From NCBI GenBank assembly GCA_040218735.1, contig JAVJQW010000062.1, positions 192,001 to 256,000 of the forward strand: a stretch of 64,000 bases of DNA, in the 5' to 3' direction. Below are positions 56,097-64,000 of the stretch, one piece after another. Source of the DNA: Deltaproteobacteria bacterium (lineage in GTDB: Bacteria > Myxococcota > Kuafuiibacteriia > Kuafuiibacteriales > Kuafuiibacteriaceae). The first letter of the stretch is position 1; each line of letters starts with the position of its first letter. The translations under genes were made by a program, and so were the position numbers. Below the pieces are notes generated by a model. That model searched no databases. It worked only from the letters and a program-made list of their open reading frames with translations, and had not been told where the DNA came from.

Positions 56097-56141
56097 GGCC
56101 CCATTGTCCGCCGCCTACCCCAGGGAAGGCAACTTCCTGAG

Positions 56142-56711
56142 CTACTGAACCCGAAGGCCCCGTTCGACCTCGAGCTGGAACGTCTTGTGGGCCTCGCGGC
56201 CGACCTCCAGGAACTCCTGCAGGCTCTTCGTGTAGTCGTCCCGTTCGAAGATGTCCGGGTCGATCTTCTTCATGATCGCCTCGAGCCGCTCCCCCATCGA
56301 GAGGATCTGCTCGCCGAAGTCGGCGATCGACATCTGCGTCGGGTCCTGGATGAACCCGTCCGGTTCGTAGGCGTCACCGGCGAAGTACGAGACGTGGACG
56401 TCGTCCCCGCTCGGTTCGAAGATCAGCCCGTTCTCGCTCTCGGAGAGGAGCGTGGTCTCGGCCTCCCCCTCGATGATGTAGGGGACGGTCTTCACCATGT
56501 TGGTGACGAGCTGAAAGATGGGATCCGGCTTGCGCGCGCACATCTCCTTGCCGCTCTCGTCGAAGAAGACGATCGCGCCATAGACGTCCGGGAATTGCAG
56601 GGCCTCCTTGTGGTCGGCGACGACGTCGAGCGCAGCACCGGACCGCACGGCCTCGGCGCCCTCATCCGGGTCTCCGAGATACAGTACGAAGTCCAAGACG
56701 ATCTTGCTCAT
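56142..56711 (-). CDS. acidic hypothetical protein
   Basis: ATG at 56711 with a GAGGGGG RBS and typical codon use. Confidence 0.7.
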   Translation of the reverse strand: MSKIVLDFVLYLGDPDEGAEAVRSGAALDVVADHKEALQFPDVYGAIVFFDESGKEMCARKPDPIFQLVTNMVKTVPYIIEGEAETTLLSESENGLIFEPSGDDVHVSYFAGDAYEPDGFIQDPTQMSIADFGEQILSMGERLEAIMKKIDPDIFERDDYTKSLQEFLEVGREAHKTFQLEVERGLRVQ

Positions 56712-56788
56712 CGTCCCCCTCGATCGGAAGAACTCATGGTCTGGCCAGGGGTAACACACCCAGCTCGATCCATGAAGTGCTGTCCGAG

Positions 56789-57943
56789 TCACCAGCCCGT
56801 CACGGCGGACACCGTCGTGGTCGACACGTGCGTGACGAGCGCCTCGCGGTCCCTCTGCGCCGCGAGCGCGAGCGGGTGACGCGGCTCGTAACGATACAGC
56901 TCCAGCGTCACGCGGTAGGTCGACCCCGCCCCCGCGAACGGGATGAAGACCCGACGTGTCTCGAGCGGGAGGAGCGAATCGTCGTAGCGCTCCACGAGGT
57001 GCTCCGGGTCGAAGTCCCGGCGGAACCGCACCGTCCGTGAGGGCCCCGCCTGACCGTCGCTGACACGCGTCACGGTGGCCGCGAGGACCCGCCCCGGGTC
57101 CGCCGTGGGCACGTGGTGTCCGGCGCGGTTCGTCACCACGAGGTCCACTCCGCCCGGCACCGCCTCGACCGTCGCCGCAACGTGCTCCGCGACGAACGCC
57201 CCGTCCCGCACGCCGAGGAAGCGGTGGCTGCGGCGCAGACGCGGCGGGCTCGCGTTCGCGACGCGGCCCTCGACCTTCGGCATGTGGCAGCCGAGGCACG
57301 ACGCGGTGCCGCCCGCCGCACGGTAGCGATCGTATTCGGCGTGAGTGTCCGCGGGTGGACGCGGCAGCCCGACGAACGGCGGGTCGTACTGGTGACACCG
57401 CTGGCACATCCCGCCGTGCTCACCGAGCGCCGCCGCGACCGCGACCGGGTGCGGCGCCTCGGGCGCATCGGCGGCGCGCTCGCCGGTGAACAGCGTCGCG
57501 GCCGGCGCCTCCCCGAGCGCCTCGGCGCTCGCGTGACAGACGACGCAGGTCACCCCTTCGGCTTCGAGCGCCGGGTCGTAGCGCGGGTTCGGGTGGCCCT
57601 TCCCCACCAGCGGGTCGAGGCTCGCGAGCCCATCGACGACGTCGCGCATCTGGTTCTCGAGCGGGTTGTGGCAGCGCTCGCAGAGGAAGAGCTCGTGCTG
57701 GTGCGCGTGGTCCGCGCGGTAGAACGGGTTGGTCGTCGACGCCGCCATCAGCGACGTCCGCCACTCGGCCGCGATCTCGGCGTGGCACGCCGCGCAGTTG
57801 TCAGCGGACAGCCCGCCGATCATCGGGAGCGGATCGAGCGCCGGGAGCATCTCGGGCTTGCCGATCGAATCGTAGAAACACCCCGCGAACGCGTCGCAGC
57901 CCGCGAGGAGGAGGAGCGCCAAGACCGTGGCGAGCCGCCTCAC
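56789..57943 (-). CDS. penta-heme cytochrome c lipoprotein (c554-like)
   Basis: Lipobox LAGC, CAACH, CERCH, CVVCH, CQRCH, CLGCH, and AGHHVPT. Confidence 0.88.
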   Translation of the reverse strand: MRRLATVLALLLLAGCDAFAGCFYDSIGKPEMLPALDPLPMIGGLSADNCAACHAEIAAEWRTSLMAASTTNPFYRADHAHQHELFLCERCHNPLENQMRDVVDGLASLDPLVGKGHPNPRYDPALEAEGVTCVVCHASAEALGEAPAATLFTGERAADAPEAPHPVAVAAALGEHGGMCQRCHQYDPPFVGLPRPPADTHAEYDRYRAAGGTASCLGCHMPKVEGRVANASPPRLRRSHRFLGVRDGAFVAEHVAATVEAVPGGVDLVVTNRAGHHVPTADPGRVLAATVTRVSDGQAGPSRTVRFRRDFDPEHLVERYDDSLLPLETRRVFIPFAGAGSTYRVTLELYRYEPRHPLALAAQRDREALVTHVSTTTVSAVTGW

Positions 57944-58374
57944 TCCACGTGGCTCCGCAGCGCGTCGGACGCGACGAGGACGTGTCGACGCGCGCGGCCC
58001 AGGACCGTCGGGCGGCGGAGGAGCGCGACGAGGTAGAAGTCGTTGGGCAGCCGGTCGACGATCATGTCGACGTCGCCGAAGCGCAGCTCCAGCATCGAGA
58101 CCGCGCCCGAGCCGTGGGTGTCGTTCGTCGCCTGGAACATCCTCAGGAGCGCGCAGGGCTCGGCGCCGGCGAGGCGGACGAGGAACTCCTGCACCGGCAT
58201 CGTCACCGCCATCGATCGCGGCAGGTGCTCCTTCGCGTACGCCTCCGCGATCGCGGGCGCGCGCGAGGGGCCGAGCGCCGCGACGACGGTCTCCCCTTCG
58301 AAGTCACACAGCACCGCGCCGATCGATCGCGGCAGCGAAGCCACGAGCCGGTCGAGGATCGCCTGCAGCTCCAC
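57940..58374 (-). CDS. roadblock/LC7-like protein
   Basis: IGAVLCDFEGETV N-terminus and FYLVALL...LGRAR C-terminus. Confidence 0.6.
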   Translation of the reverse strand: MELQAILDRLVASLPRSIGAVLCDFEGETVVAALGPSRAPAIAEAYAKEHLPRSMAVTMPVQEFLVRLAGAEPCALLRMFQATNDTHGSGAVSMLELRFGDVDMIVDRLPNDFYLVALLRRPTVLGRARRHVLVASDALRSHVE

Positions 58375-58377
58375 CGG

Positions 58378-58911
58378 TCAGCTCTCCGAGAGCTGCAGGC
58401 CGGCCTTCTTCGCCGCGGCGGTCAGCTCCGCGCGGCCGGCTTCGAGCGCGCCGTCGGAGTCGAGGAGGAGGACCCGCTCGAATTTGTGACCGCTCTTGCC
58501 GATCGCTTCGATCCACCACGTCGCCGCGGTGACGTCGCCGCTCGTCGCCGGCGTGGGCGGCGCGACGGCGAGCTCCTTGGCGCCCGCCTCGAACAACACA
58601 GAGGTGATGTTCGTGAGGCGCCCGACGATGGTCGGTCCGGTGACGTCCGTCGGATCGCCGAGCCCGAGGAGGAACAGGCGGGCCGCACCGAAGCGACCCA
58701 TCGACGGCATCAACGTGTGCTCGCCGAGCGCGCCGAGGAAGACACCGTCGCGCAACATGCGCGCGAGGCGCCCACACAGCCGCCAGTCCGCCGCGCCCGC
58801 GACGCCGCGCGGCTGCGCGCGGACCTGGAAGAACGGTAGCGCGATCGCGTCGACGCTCAGGCGGTCGAGGCCCGTCGGATTCGCACGGGCGATGCGCGCT
58901 GCGATCGCCAC
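58378..58911 (-). CDS. stand-alone peptidase M17 N-terminal-domain protein
   Basis: PRGVAGAADWRLCGRLAR..GEHTL..LFLLGLG, with no catalytic domain. Confidence 0.7.
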   Translation of the reverse strand: MAIAARIARANPTGLDRLSVDAIALPFFQVRAQPRGVAGAADWRLCGRLARMLRDGVFLGALGEHTLMPSMGRFGAARLFLLGLGDPTDVTGPTIVGRLTNITSVLFEAGAKELAVAPPTPATSGDVTAATWWIEAIGKSGHKFERVLLLDSDGALEAGRAELTAAAKKAGLQLSES

Positions 58912-58915
58912 GGAC

Positions 58916-59389
58916 TCAGCGCCCGATGCGGTCCACGATGCCGTTCACGAACGCGCTCGACTCCTTCGTCCCGAAGGTCTTCGCGAGCTCTACGGCTTCG
59001 TTGATCGCGACCTTCCGCGGGACGCCGTCCTGTTCGTAGGTCAGCTCGTACGCGGCGAGGCGCAGGAGGTTTCGGTCCACGCTGGCCATCCGGTCGATGC
59101 GCCAGTGCAACGAGATGCGCGAGATCAGCTGGTCGATCTGCTCGAGGTTGTTGTTCACGCCGCGGACGATCTGCTCCGCGTACGCGCGGGCCTCGCTGTC
59201 GTCCGGGTCGACCTTGTAGCGGTCCGCGGGCCGCGGCGCGTCGACGTACGACGGCGGCGGGTCCAGCGGCTCCCCCGACGCGAAGGCGTCGTAGAACCGC
59301 TCGATCGCCGCGTCGGGCCACACCCCCGCCATGTCCATGGCGTAGAGCATCATCAGCGCTTGCTCGCGCGCTCTGCGACGAACGCCCAC
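58916..59389 (-). CDS. nusB: transcription antitermination factor NusB
   Basis: RRRAREQAL, VDRNLLRLA, VAINEAVELAK and FVNG motifs. Confidence 0.96.
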   Translation of the reverse strand: MGVRRRAREQALMMLYAMDMAGVWPDAAIERFYDAFASGEPLDPPPSYVDAPRPADRYKVDPDDSEARAYAEQIVRGVNNNLEQIDQLISRISLHWRIDRMASVDRNLLRLAAYELTYEQDGVPRKVAINEAVELAKTFGTKESSAFVNGIVDRIGR

Positions 59390-59399
59390 GGAGGTCTCC

Positions 59400-59867
59400 T
59401 CAGCCGAGGCTCTTCTTCAGGGCGACCATCTCGACGGCCGCGATCGCCGCCTCCCAGCCCTTGTTGCCGTGTTTGGTTCCGGCCCGCTCGACGGCCTGCT
59501 CGATGGTGTCCGTCGTGAGCACGCCGAGCGCGACCGGGATGCCCGCGTCCATCTGCACGTGCGCGGCGCCCTTCGTGACCTCGGCGGCCACGTAGTCGAA
59601 GTGCGGCGTGCCGCCGCGGATGACGCAGCCGAGCGCGATGATGGCGTCGTAGCCGCCCTTCTCGGCGAGCCACTTGAACGCCAGCGGCATCTCCCAGCTC
59701 CCGGGGACGCGCATGACCTCGAGGTCCGACTCCCCCGCGCCGTGGCGCAGCAGGCAGTCGGTCGCACCTTCGAGGAGGCGCTCGGTGATCAGGCTATTGA
59801 ATCGGCTCACGACGATTCCGTAGCGGGCGCCGCTCGCGTCGAGCTTGCCTTCGTAGGTCTTCGTCAC
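59400..59867 (-). CDS. ribH: 6,7-dimethyl-8-ribityllumazine synthase
   Basis: [31 protein letters not shown] and NKG motifs, with an AGAAGGA RBS. Confidence 0.96.
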   Translation of the reverse strand: MTKTYEGKLDASGARYGIVVSRFNSLITERLLEGATDCLLRHGAGESDLEVMRVPGSWEMPLAFKWLAEKGGYDAIIALGCVIRGGTPHFDYVAAEVTKGAAHVQMDAGIPVALGVLTTDTIEQAVERAGTKHGNKGWEAAIAAVEMVALKKSLG

Positions 59868-59884
59868 GGTGGTTCCTTCTCTCG

Positions 59885-61069
59885 TCATTCGGGGCTGCGC
59901 ACCGGCAGCGGGACACGCTCGACCATCTCGAGGTCGAAGCCCTCCAGACCGACGATACGGATCTCGTTGTTGCTCAGCATCCTAAACTTTCGGACGCCGA
60001 CCTGCTTGAGGATCTGCGCCCCGACGCCGAACTCACGCAGGTCCAGGCGAGTCCCGACGCGGTGGTAGATCGGCGGAGCGGACTGCTGGTCCATGCGCTC
60101 CAGGCGCTTCGACAGCGTCGACCCGGCGACGCTGCGCACGAGGTAGACGAACACCCCGGCGCCCTCCTCGGCGATGACGTCGAGCGTCGCGCGCATCTCG
60201 GCGCCGCCACCGGAGAGCACGAGGCCCACGAGGTCCGCGGGCATGTCGATCGACTGAACGCGCACGAGCGTCGGCGTCTCGGGGTCGATATCGCCCTTCA
60301 CGACGGCGAGGTGCTCGTGGCCGTCGACCTTCGAGCGCAGGACCATCACCCGCACTTCGCCCCACTCCGGGGTGGTTACGGTGCGCTCGATGACGGTCTC
60401 GACGAGGTGGTCGTGCGCGAAGCGGTACTCGACCAGCTCGGCGATGGAGACGATCAGCAGCCCGTGCTCCTTGGCGAACACCTCGAGCTGCGGACGGCGC
60501 GCCATGGTGCCGTCCTCGTTCATGATCTCGCAGATGACCCCCGACGGATCGAGCCCGGCGAGCTTCGCGAGGTCCACGCTGCCCTCGGTCTGACCGGTCC
60601 GGACCAGGACGCCGCCGCGCCGCGCGCGGATCGGGAAGACGTGCCCGGGCGTCGACAGGTCGGTCGGCTTCGCGTCGGGGTCCACCGCGACCTTCACCGT
60701 GTGGGCGCGGTCCGCGGCGCTGATGCCGGTGGTGACGCCCTCGGCGGCCTCGATGGAGACCGTGAAGCCGGTCTGGAAGGTCGACGTGTTGCGCTCGACC
60801 ATCATCGGGAGCTCGAGCTCGTCGATGCGCTCCTCGGTGAGGGTGAGGCAGATCAGGCCGCGCGCGTGCGTAGCCATGAAGTTGATCGCCTCCGGCGTGA
60901 CCTTCTCGGCCGCCATGCACAGATCACCCTCGTTCTCGCGGTCCTCGTCGTCGACGAGGATGATCATCTCACCGCGACGAATGGCCTCGATCGCCGCTTT
61001 GACGTTCGCGATGCCCACCGGCCGGCTGTGTAGCGACGAAAGGGAACGCGTGGCAACCGCTGACTTCAA
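59885..61069 (-). CDS. ribB: DHBP synthase fused to degenerate GTP cyclohydrolase II domain (RibBX-type)
   Basis: [24 protein letters not shown] and GVICEI motifs. The C-terminal domain lacks the Zn-binding Cys ([14 protein letters not shown]). Confidence 0.92.
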   Translation of the reverse strand: MKSAVATRSLSSLHSRPVGIANVKAAIEAIRRGEMIILVDDEDRENEGDLCMAAEKVTPEAINFMATHARGLICLTLTEERIDELELPMMVERNTSTFQTGFTVSIEAAEGVTTGISAADRAHTVKVAVDPDAKPTDLSTPGHVFPIRARRGGVLVRTGQTEGSVDLAKLAGLDPSGVICEIMNEDGTMARRPQLEVFAKEHGLLIVSIAELVEYRFAHDHLVETVIERTVTTPEWGEVRVMVLRSKVDGHEHLAVVKGDIDPETPTLVRVQSIDMPADLVGLVLSGGGAEMRATLDVIAEEGAGVFVYLVRSVAGSTLSKRLERMDQQSAPPIYHRVGTRLDLREFGVGAQILKQVGVRKFRMLSNNEIRIVGLEGFDLEMVERVPLPVRSPE

Positions 61070-61713
61070 AAGCCGTGCTTGCGGAAGAAATCCTCGGTCA
61101 GGGGGGCCTTCTGCTCGGCGACGTACCCCTCCAACAGACCGGCCACGTAGCGCGCGATGACGTCCGCCTCCAGGTTCACGGCCGACCCGGCGGCCTTGGC
61201 CCCCAGGGTCGTCACCGACCAGGTGTGCGGGATGATCATCACCGAGAAGGCCTTGGCGTCCTTCCCGGTGATCGTCAGCGAGATGCCGTCGATCGCGATC
61301 GAGCCGCGCGGGATGCAGAGCTCGAGGACCTCGGGCGGGGTCTCGATGCGGACGTCGTAGGCGTTTTCGTTCTTCGTGACGCTCGCGATCGTCCCGACCG
61401 CGTCCACGTGCCCCGCGACCATGTGGCCTCCGAGCCGCGAGGTCGGCGTGACGGAGCGCTCCAGGTTCACCCGACTCCCCGCGGTGAGGCGCCCGAGCGT
61501 GGTGCGCGCGAGCGTCTCGTGCCCGGCGTCGGCGGTGAAGGTCTTGCCGACGATCGAGGTCGCCGTCAGGCAGACCCCCTCGGTGCAGATCGAGTCGCCG
61601 ACCGCGATGGAGGCCGGGTCGAGGTTCGTCTCGACCACGAGGCGCTTACCGCCCCCCGGCCCCCCCTCGATCCTTCGAACCACGCCCACGTCTTCGACGA
61701 TCCCCGTGAACAT
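61066..61713 (-). CDS. ribE: riboflavin synthase (alpha chain)
   Basis: [31 protein letters not shown] and IIPHT motifs. Confidence 0.96.
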   Translation of the reverse strand: MFTGIVEDVGVVRRIEGGPGGGKRLVVETNLDPASIAVGDSICTEGVCLTATSIVGKTFTADAGHETLARTTLGRLTAGSRVNLERSVTPTSRLGGHMVAGHVDAVGTIASVTKNENAYDVRIETPPEVLELCIPRGSIAIDGISLTITGKDAKAFSVMIIPHTWSVTTLGAKAAGSAVNLEADVIARYVAGLLEGYVAEQKAPLTEDFFRKHGF

Positions 61714-62761
61714 CGGCGCGAGCATCACGCACCGCGTACGCCGTGAGCAAGAGATCCTCGCCGACCGCCTCGACGTGCATCGCGGTAAGGTGCAGCGCCT
61801 CGGTGATCCGCGCCGCGCCCTGCCCCCCGATGGCCGACTTCGCCGCGCCCCCGAACACCTTCGGCGCGAGGAAAAACCGCACCTGGTCCACGCGGCCGGC
61901 GTCGACGAACGCCCCCGCGACCTCGGCGCCGCCCTCCACGAGGAGCTGGTTGATACCGCGCTCGAAGAGCGCCTCGAGGAGCGGGTCGATCGCGACGCGA
62001 CCGCGATCCGTCGGCAGGCGGAGCACCTCGACGCCGGTGCCTTCGAGGGCTTCGACCTTCTTCTTCGGAGCGCGCCGCGACGTCACGACGAGCGTGGGCG
62101 TGGTGAGCGCGGTGCGGACCAGCTGGCTGGTCAGATCGATCGTGAGGCGTGCGTCGAGCACGACGCGCAGCGGATCGCGCGCGCCGTCGAAGCGCGCCGT
62201 GAGCGCCGGGTCGTCGGCGCGCACCGTGCCCATGCCCACGACGATCGCGTCGGATCGATCGCGCAGCCGGTGACCGAACGCCCGCGCCTCGGGGCCGGTG
62301 ATCCACTGGCTGTCGCCGGTGCGCGTCGCGATGCGGCCGTCGAGGGTCATCGCCGACTTGAGGACCACGAAGGGGCGGCCGTGGCGGACCGCGAAGACGT
62401 AGCCCTCGTCGAGCGCGGCGCACTCGGGGGCGAGGACGCCGGCGACCACCTCGCAGCGCTTGGCGAGCGCGCGGCGGGCGCGGCCGCGCCAGCGGGGATC
62501 GTCGCTGCCGATGACGACTCGTCTCGCGGTGAGCTGCTTGGCGACCTGCGGCGAGGGCTCGAGCGTGAGGTAGAGGGTGTCAGCGTCCGTGAAAGCGAGC
62601 GCGGGGTGCGGGGCGTGCGGGGCGTCGCGGTAGGCGGTGCGGGTGCGGCCGTTCTTCAGGACGGCGAGGACGCCGACCGCGGGCTCGGGGGCGCAGTGGC
62701 CTTGGCCTTTTTGGCCCGCTTTCAGGGCCCGGCGCATTCGGCGTTCGTCTTCGGAGGCCAT
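61646..62761 (-). CDS. ribD: RibD pyrimidine reductase with degenerate deaminase domain
   Basis: Reductase motifs are intact (KSAMTLDG, SQWIT, GTVRADDP.LTAR, LLVEGG). The deaminase HAE and PC..C motifs are missing. Confidence 0.9.
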   Translation of the reverse strand: MASEDERRMRRALKAGQKGQGHCAPEPAVGVLAVLKNGRTRTAYRDAPHAPHPALAFTDADTLYLTLEPSPQVAKQLTARRVVIGSDDPRWRGRARRALAKRCEVVAGVLAPECAALDEGYVFAVRHGRPFVVLKSAMTLDGRIATRTGDSQWITGPEARAFGHRLRDRSDAIVVGMGTVRADDPALTARFDGARDPLRVVLDARLTIDLTSQLVRTALTTPTLVVTSRRAPKKKVEALEGTGVEVLRLPTDRGRVAIDPLLEALFERGINQLLVEGGAEVAGAFVDAGRVDQVRFFLAPKVFGGAAKSAIGGQGAARITEALHLTAMHVEAVGEDLLLTAYAVRDARADVHGDRRRRGRGSKDRGGAGGR

Positions 62762-62767
62762 GAGCTC

Positions 62768-62812
62768 GGGACCCGGACCGGAACCGGGACCCGGACCGGG
62801 GTTGGGGCGGGG
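62768..62812. repeat. short G-rich hexamer-type repeat between nrdR and ribD
   Basis: GGGACCCGGACCGG occurs twice, followed by GGGGTTGGGGCGGGG. Confidence 0.6.
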
Positions 62813-63292
62813 CTAGGAGCCCGCCGCTTTCATCTTCGCGCGCTCCGCGAGCATCGCGTTCAGCTCCTCGGCGAACTCGGCGAGGTCGGCGAAGTTGCGG
62901 AAGATGGAGGCGTAGCGGATGTACGCGACGTCGTCGATGTCGGCGAGGCGGATCAGGACCTCCTCGCCGATCGTCTGCGAGTCGACCTCTTTTTCGCCGG
63001 TCTCCTGCAGCTGCTTTTCGATGTCGTCGACGAGGTCTTCGATCTCGGTGAGCGGGACGGTGCGCTTCTCACAAGCCGCACGTATGCCCGCGACGACCTT
63101 GTTGTGGTCGAACGGCTCGCGGCGCCCGTCGCTCTTCACGACCATCGGGAGGACCTCCTCGATGCGCTCGTAGGTGGTGAAACGCTTCGCGCACGCGTTG
63201 CACTCGCGACGCCGCCGGATCACCTGCCCGTCCTTCGACAAGCGAGAGTCGATGACCTTGTTCTCGCTGTTCGTACAGAAGGGGCACTTCAT
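62813..63292 (-). CDS. nrdR: transcriptional repressor NrdR
   Basis: MKCPFC, VIDSR, IRRRRECNAC, RFTTYE, ATP cone and VAYIRYASI. Confidence 0.97.
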   Translation of the reverse strand: MKCPFCTNSENKVIDSRLSKDGQVIRRRRECNACAKRFTTYERIEEVLPMVVKSDGRREPFDHNKVVAGIRAACEKRTVPLTEIEDLVDDIEKQLQETGEKEVDSQTIGEEVLIRLADIDDVAYIRYASIFRNFADLAEFAEELNAMLAERAKMKAAGS

Positions 63293-63393
63293 CGCCGAAC
63301 CCGCCTCTGGTGGTACCCCGTGAAACGGGTGCAACGCAAGGAATGGGGGGTGTACGGGCCGTTTACGAGGTGCTCGCGTCCAAGGGACGTGCG

Positions 63394-64000
63394 ATGCTGA
63401 CGGCCGTGTCGACCGATCCATCGCGCACGGATTCGGATCCGATCGGGCGCACGCGCGCTCGGCGGGGGCTCCTGGCCGGCGTCCTGATCCTCGGCCTCGT
63501 CGCCTGTAAATCCGCGGACCGATCCGCGGAGGACGCAGCGGTCGAAACGACGACGAAAAAAATCACGCCGAAACGCCAAGTCGTGGACGTCCACGTGCAC
63601 GTCACCCCCGACGAGCTCGACCGACTCCACGGCATCCTCGACGAAGCCGGGATCGACTGGGTCGTGAACCTCTCCGGCATGTGGCCCGGCGGGCCCTTGG
63701 AAAAACAGCTCGCCGCCGCGCGCCAGTCCGGGCGGATCCGCGTCGCTACCACCCCGCCCTGGGGCCTCGCGTTCCGCCGCGACGACTTCCCGACCATCAG
63801 CGCCTCCATGATCCGCGACGCCAAACGCCAGGGCGCCGTCGCGCTGAAGATCTCCAAGGCGCTCGGCCTGCAGATCAAGAACCCCAAGGGGGAGCTCGTC
63901 GCGGTCGACGATCCGTGGCTCGATCCCATCTGGGCCGCCGCGGGCGAGGTCGGCTTCCCGGTGTTCATCCACACCGCCGACCCCAAGGCGTTCTGGCTCC
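63394..64000 (+). CDS. amidohydrolase-superfamily lipoprotein (3'-partial; not in ORF track)
   Basis: I translated this from ATG 63394: lipobox LVAC, VVDVHVH metal motif, LKISKALGL, DDPWLDPIW and PVFIHTADP. It runs off the window. Confidence 0.85.
   Translation, partial: MLTAVSTDPSRTDSDPIGRTRARRGLLAGVLILGLVACKSADRSAEDAAVETTTKKITPKRQVVDVHVHVTPDELDRLHGILDEAGIDWVVNLSGMWPGGPLEKQLAAARQSGRIRVATTPPWGLAFRRDDFPTISASMIRDAKRQGAVALKISKALGLQIKNPKGELVAVDDPWLDPIWAAAGEVGFPVFIHTADPKAFWL

Noticed and set aside
62762-63393. FMN riboswitch or NrdR box upstream of the rib genes
   Set aside because: No FMN aptamer motifs or convincing NrdR-box palindrome are visible.
63394-64000. Divergent amidohydrolase as the replacement riboflavin deaminase
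   Set aside because: It carries a lipoprotein signal, so it is likely extracytoplasmic, whereas the pathway is cytoplasmic.

Overview
High-GC bacterial DNA (roughly 70% by eye), most consistent with a Myxococcota-like deltaproteobacterium: it has a Myxococcus Cys-rich repeat, an AgmX/PglI-type C-terminal domain, an ECF sigma/Ser-Thr kinase pair, a three-bactofilin cluster and many lipoproteins. The left ~45 kb is accessory-type. It carries envelope and peptidoglycan enzymes, surface lipoproteins, an acyl-CoA carboxylase/BKACE cluster with TetR operators, aguAB, two ABC-F ATPases, a RIO1 kinase and a strikingly eukaryote-like ALKBH4 dioxygenase. From tRNA-Gly (45.4 kb) rightwards the content is core-like: pgsA, an SLT, nadB and a long minus-strand run nrdR-ribD-ribE-ribB(X)-ribH-nusB-...-AAA ATPase-3 bactofilins-pyrE-...-tandem DHOR. 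I saw no CRISPR array, integrase or transposase. Top observations: (1) a bacterial ALKBH4-type dioxygenase; (2) a riboflavin operon in which both Zn-dependent early steps look catalytically dead; (3) an AAA+ ATPase tightly coupled to three bactofilins with no padC; (4) a structured uORF leader that sequesters the start of an ABC-F gene; (5) a Tlde1-like L,D-peptidase with an acidic partner. All family calls come from motif recognition by eye, not from database searches.
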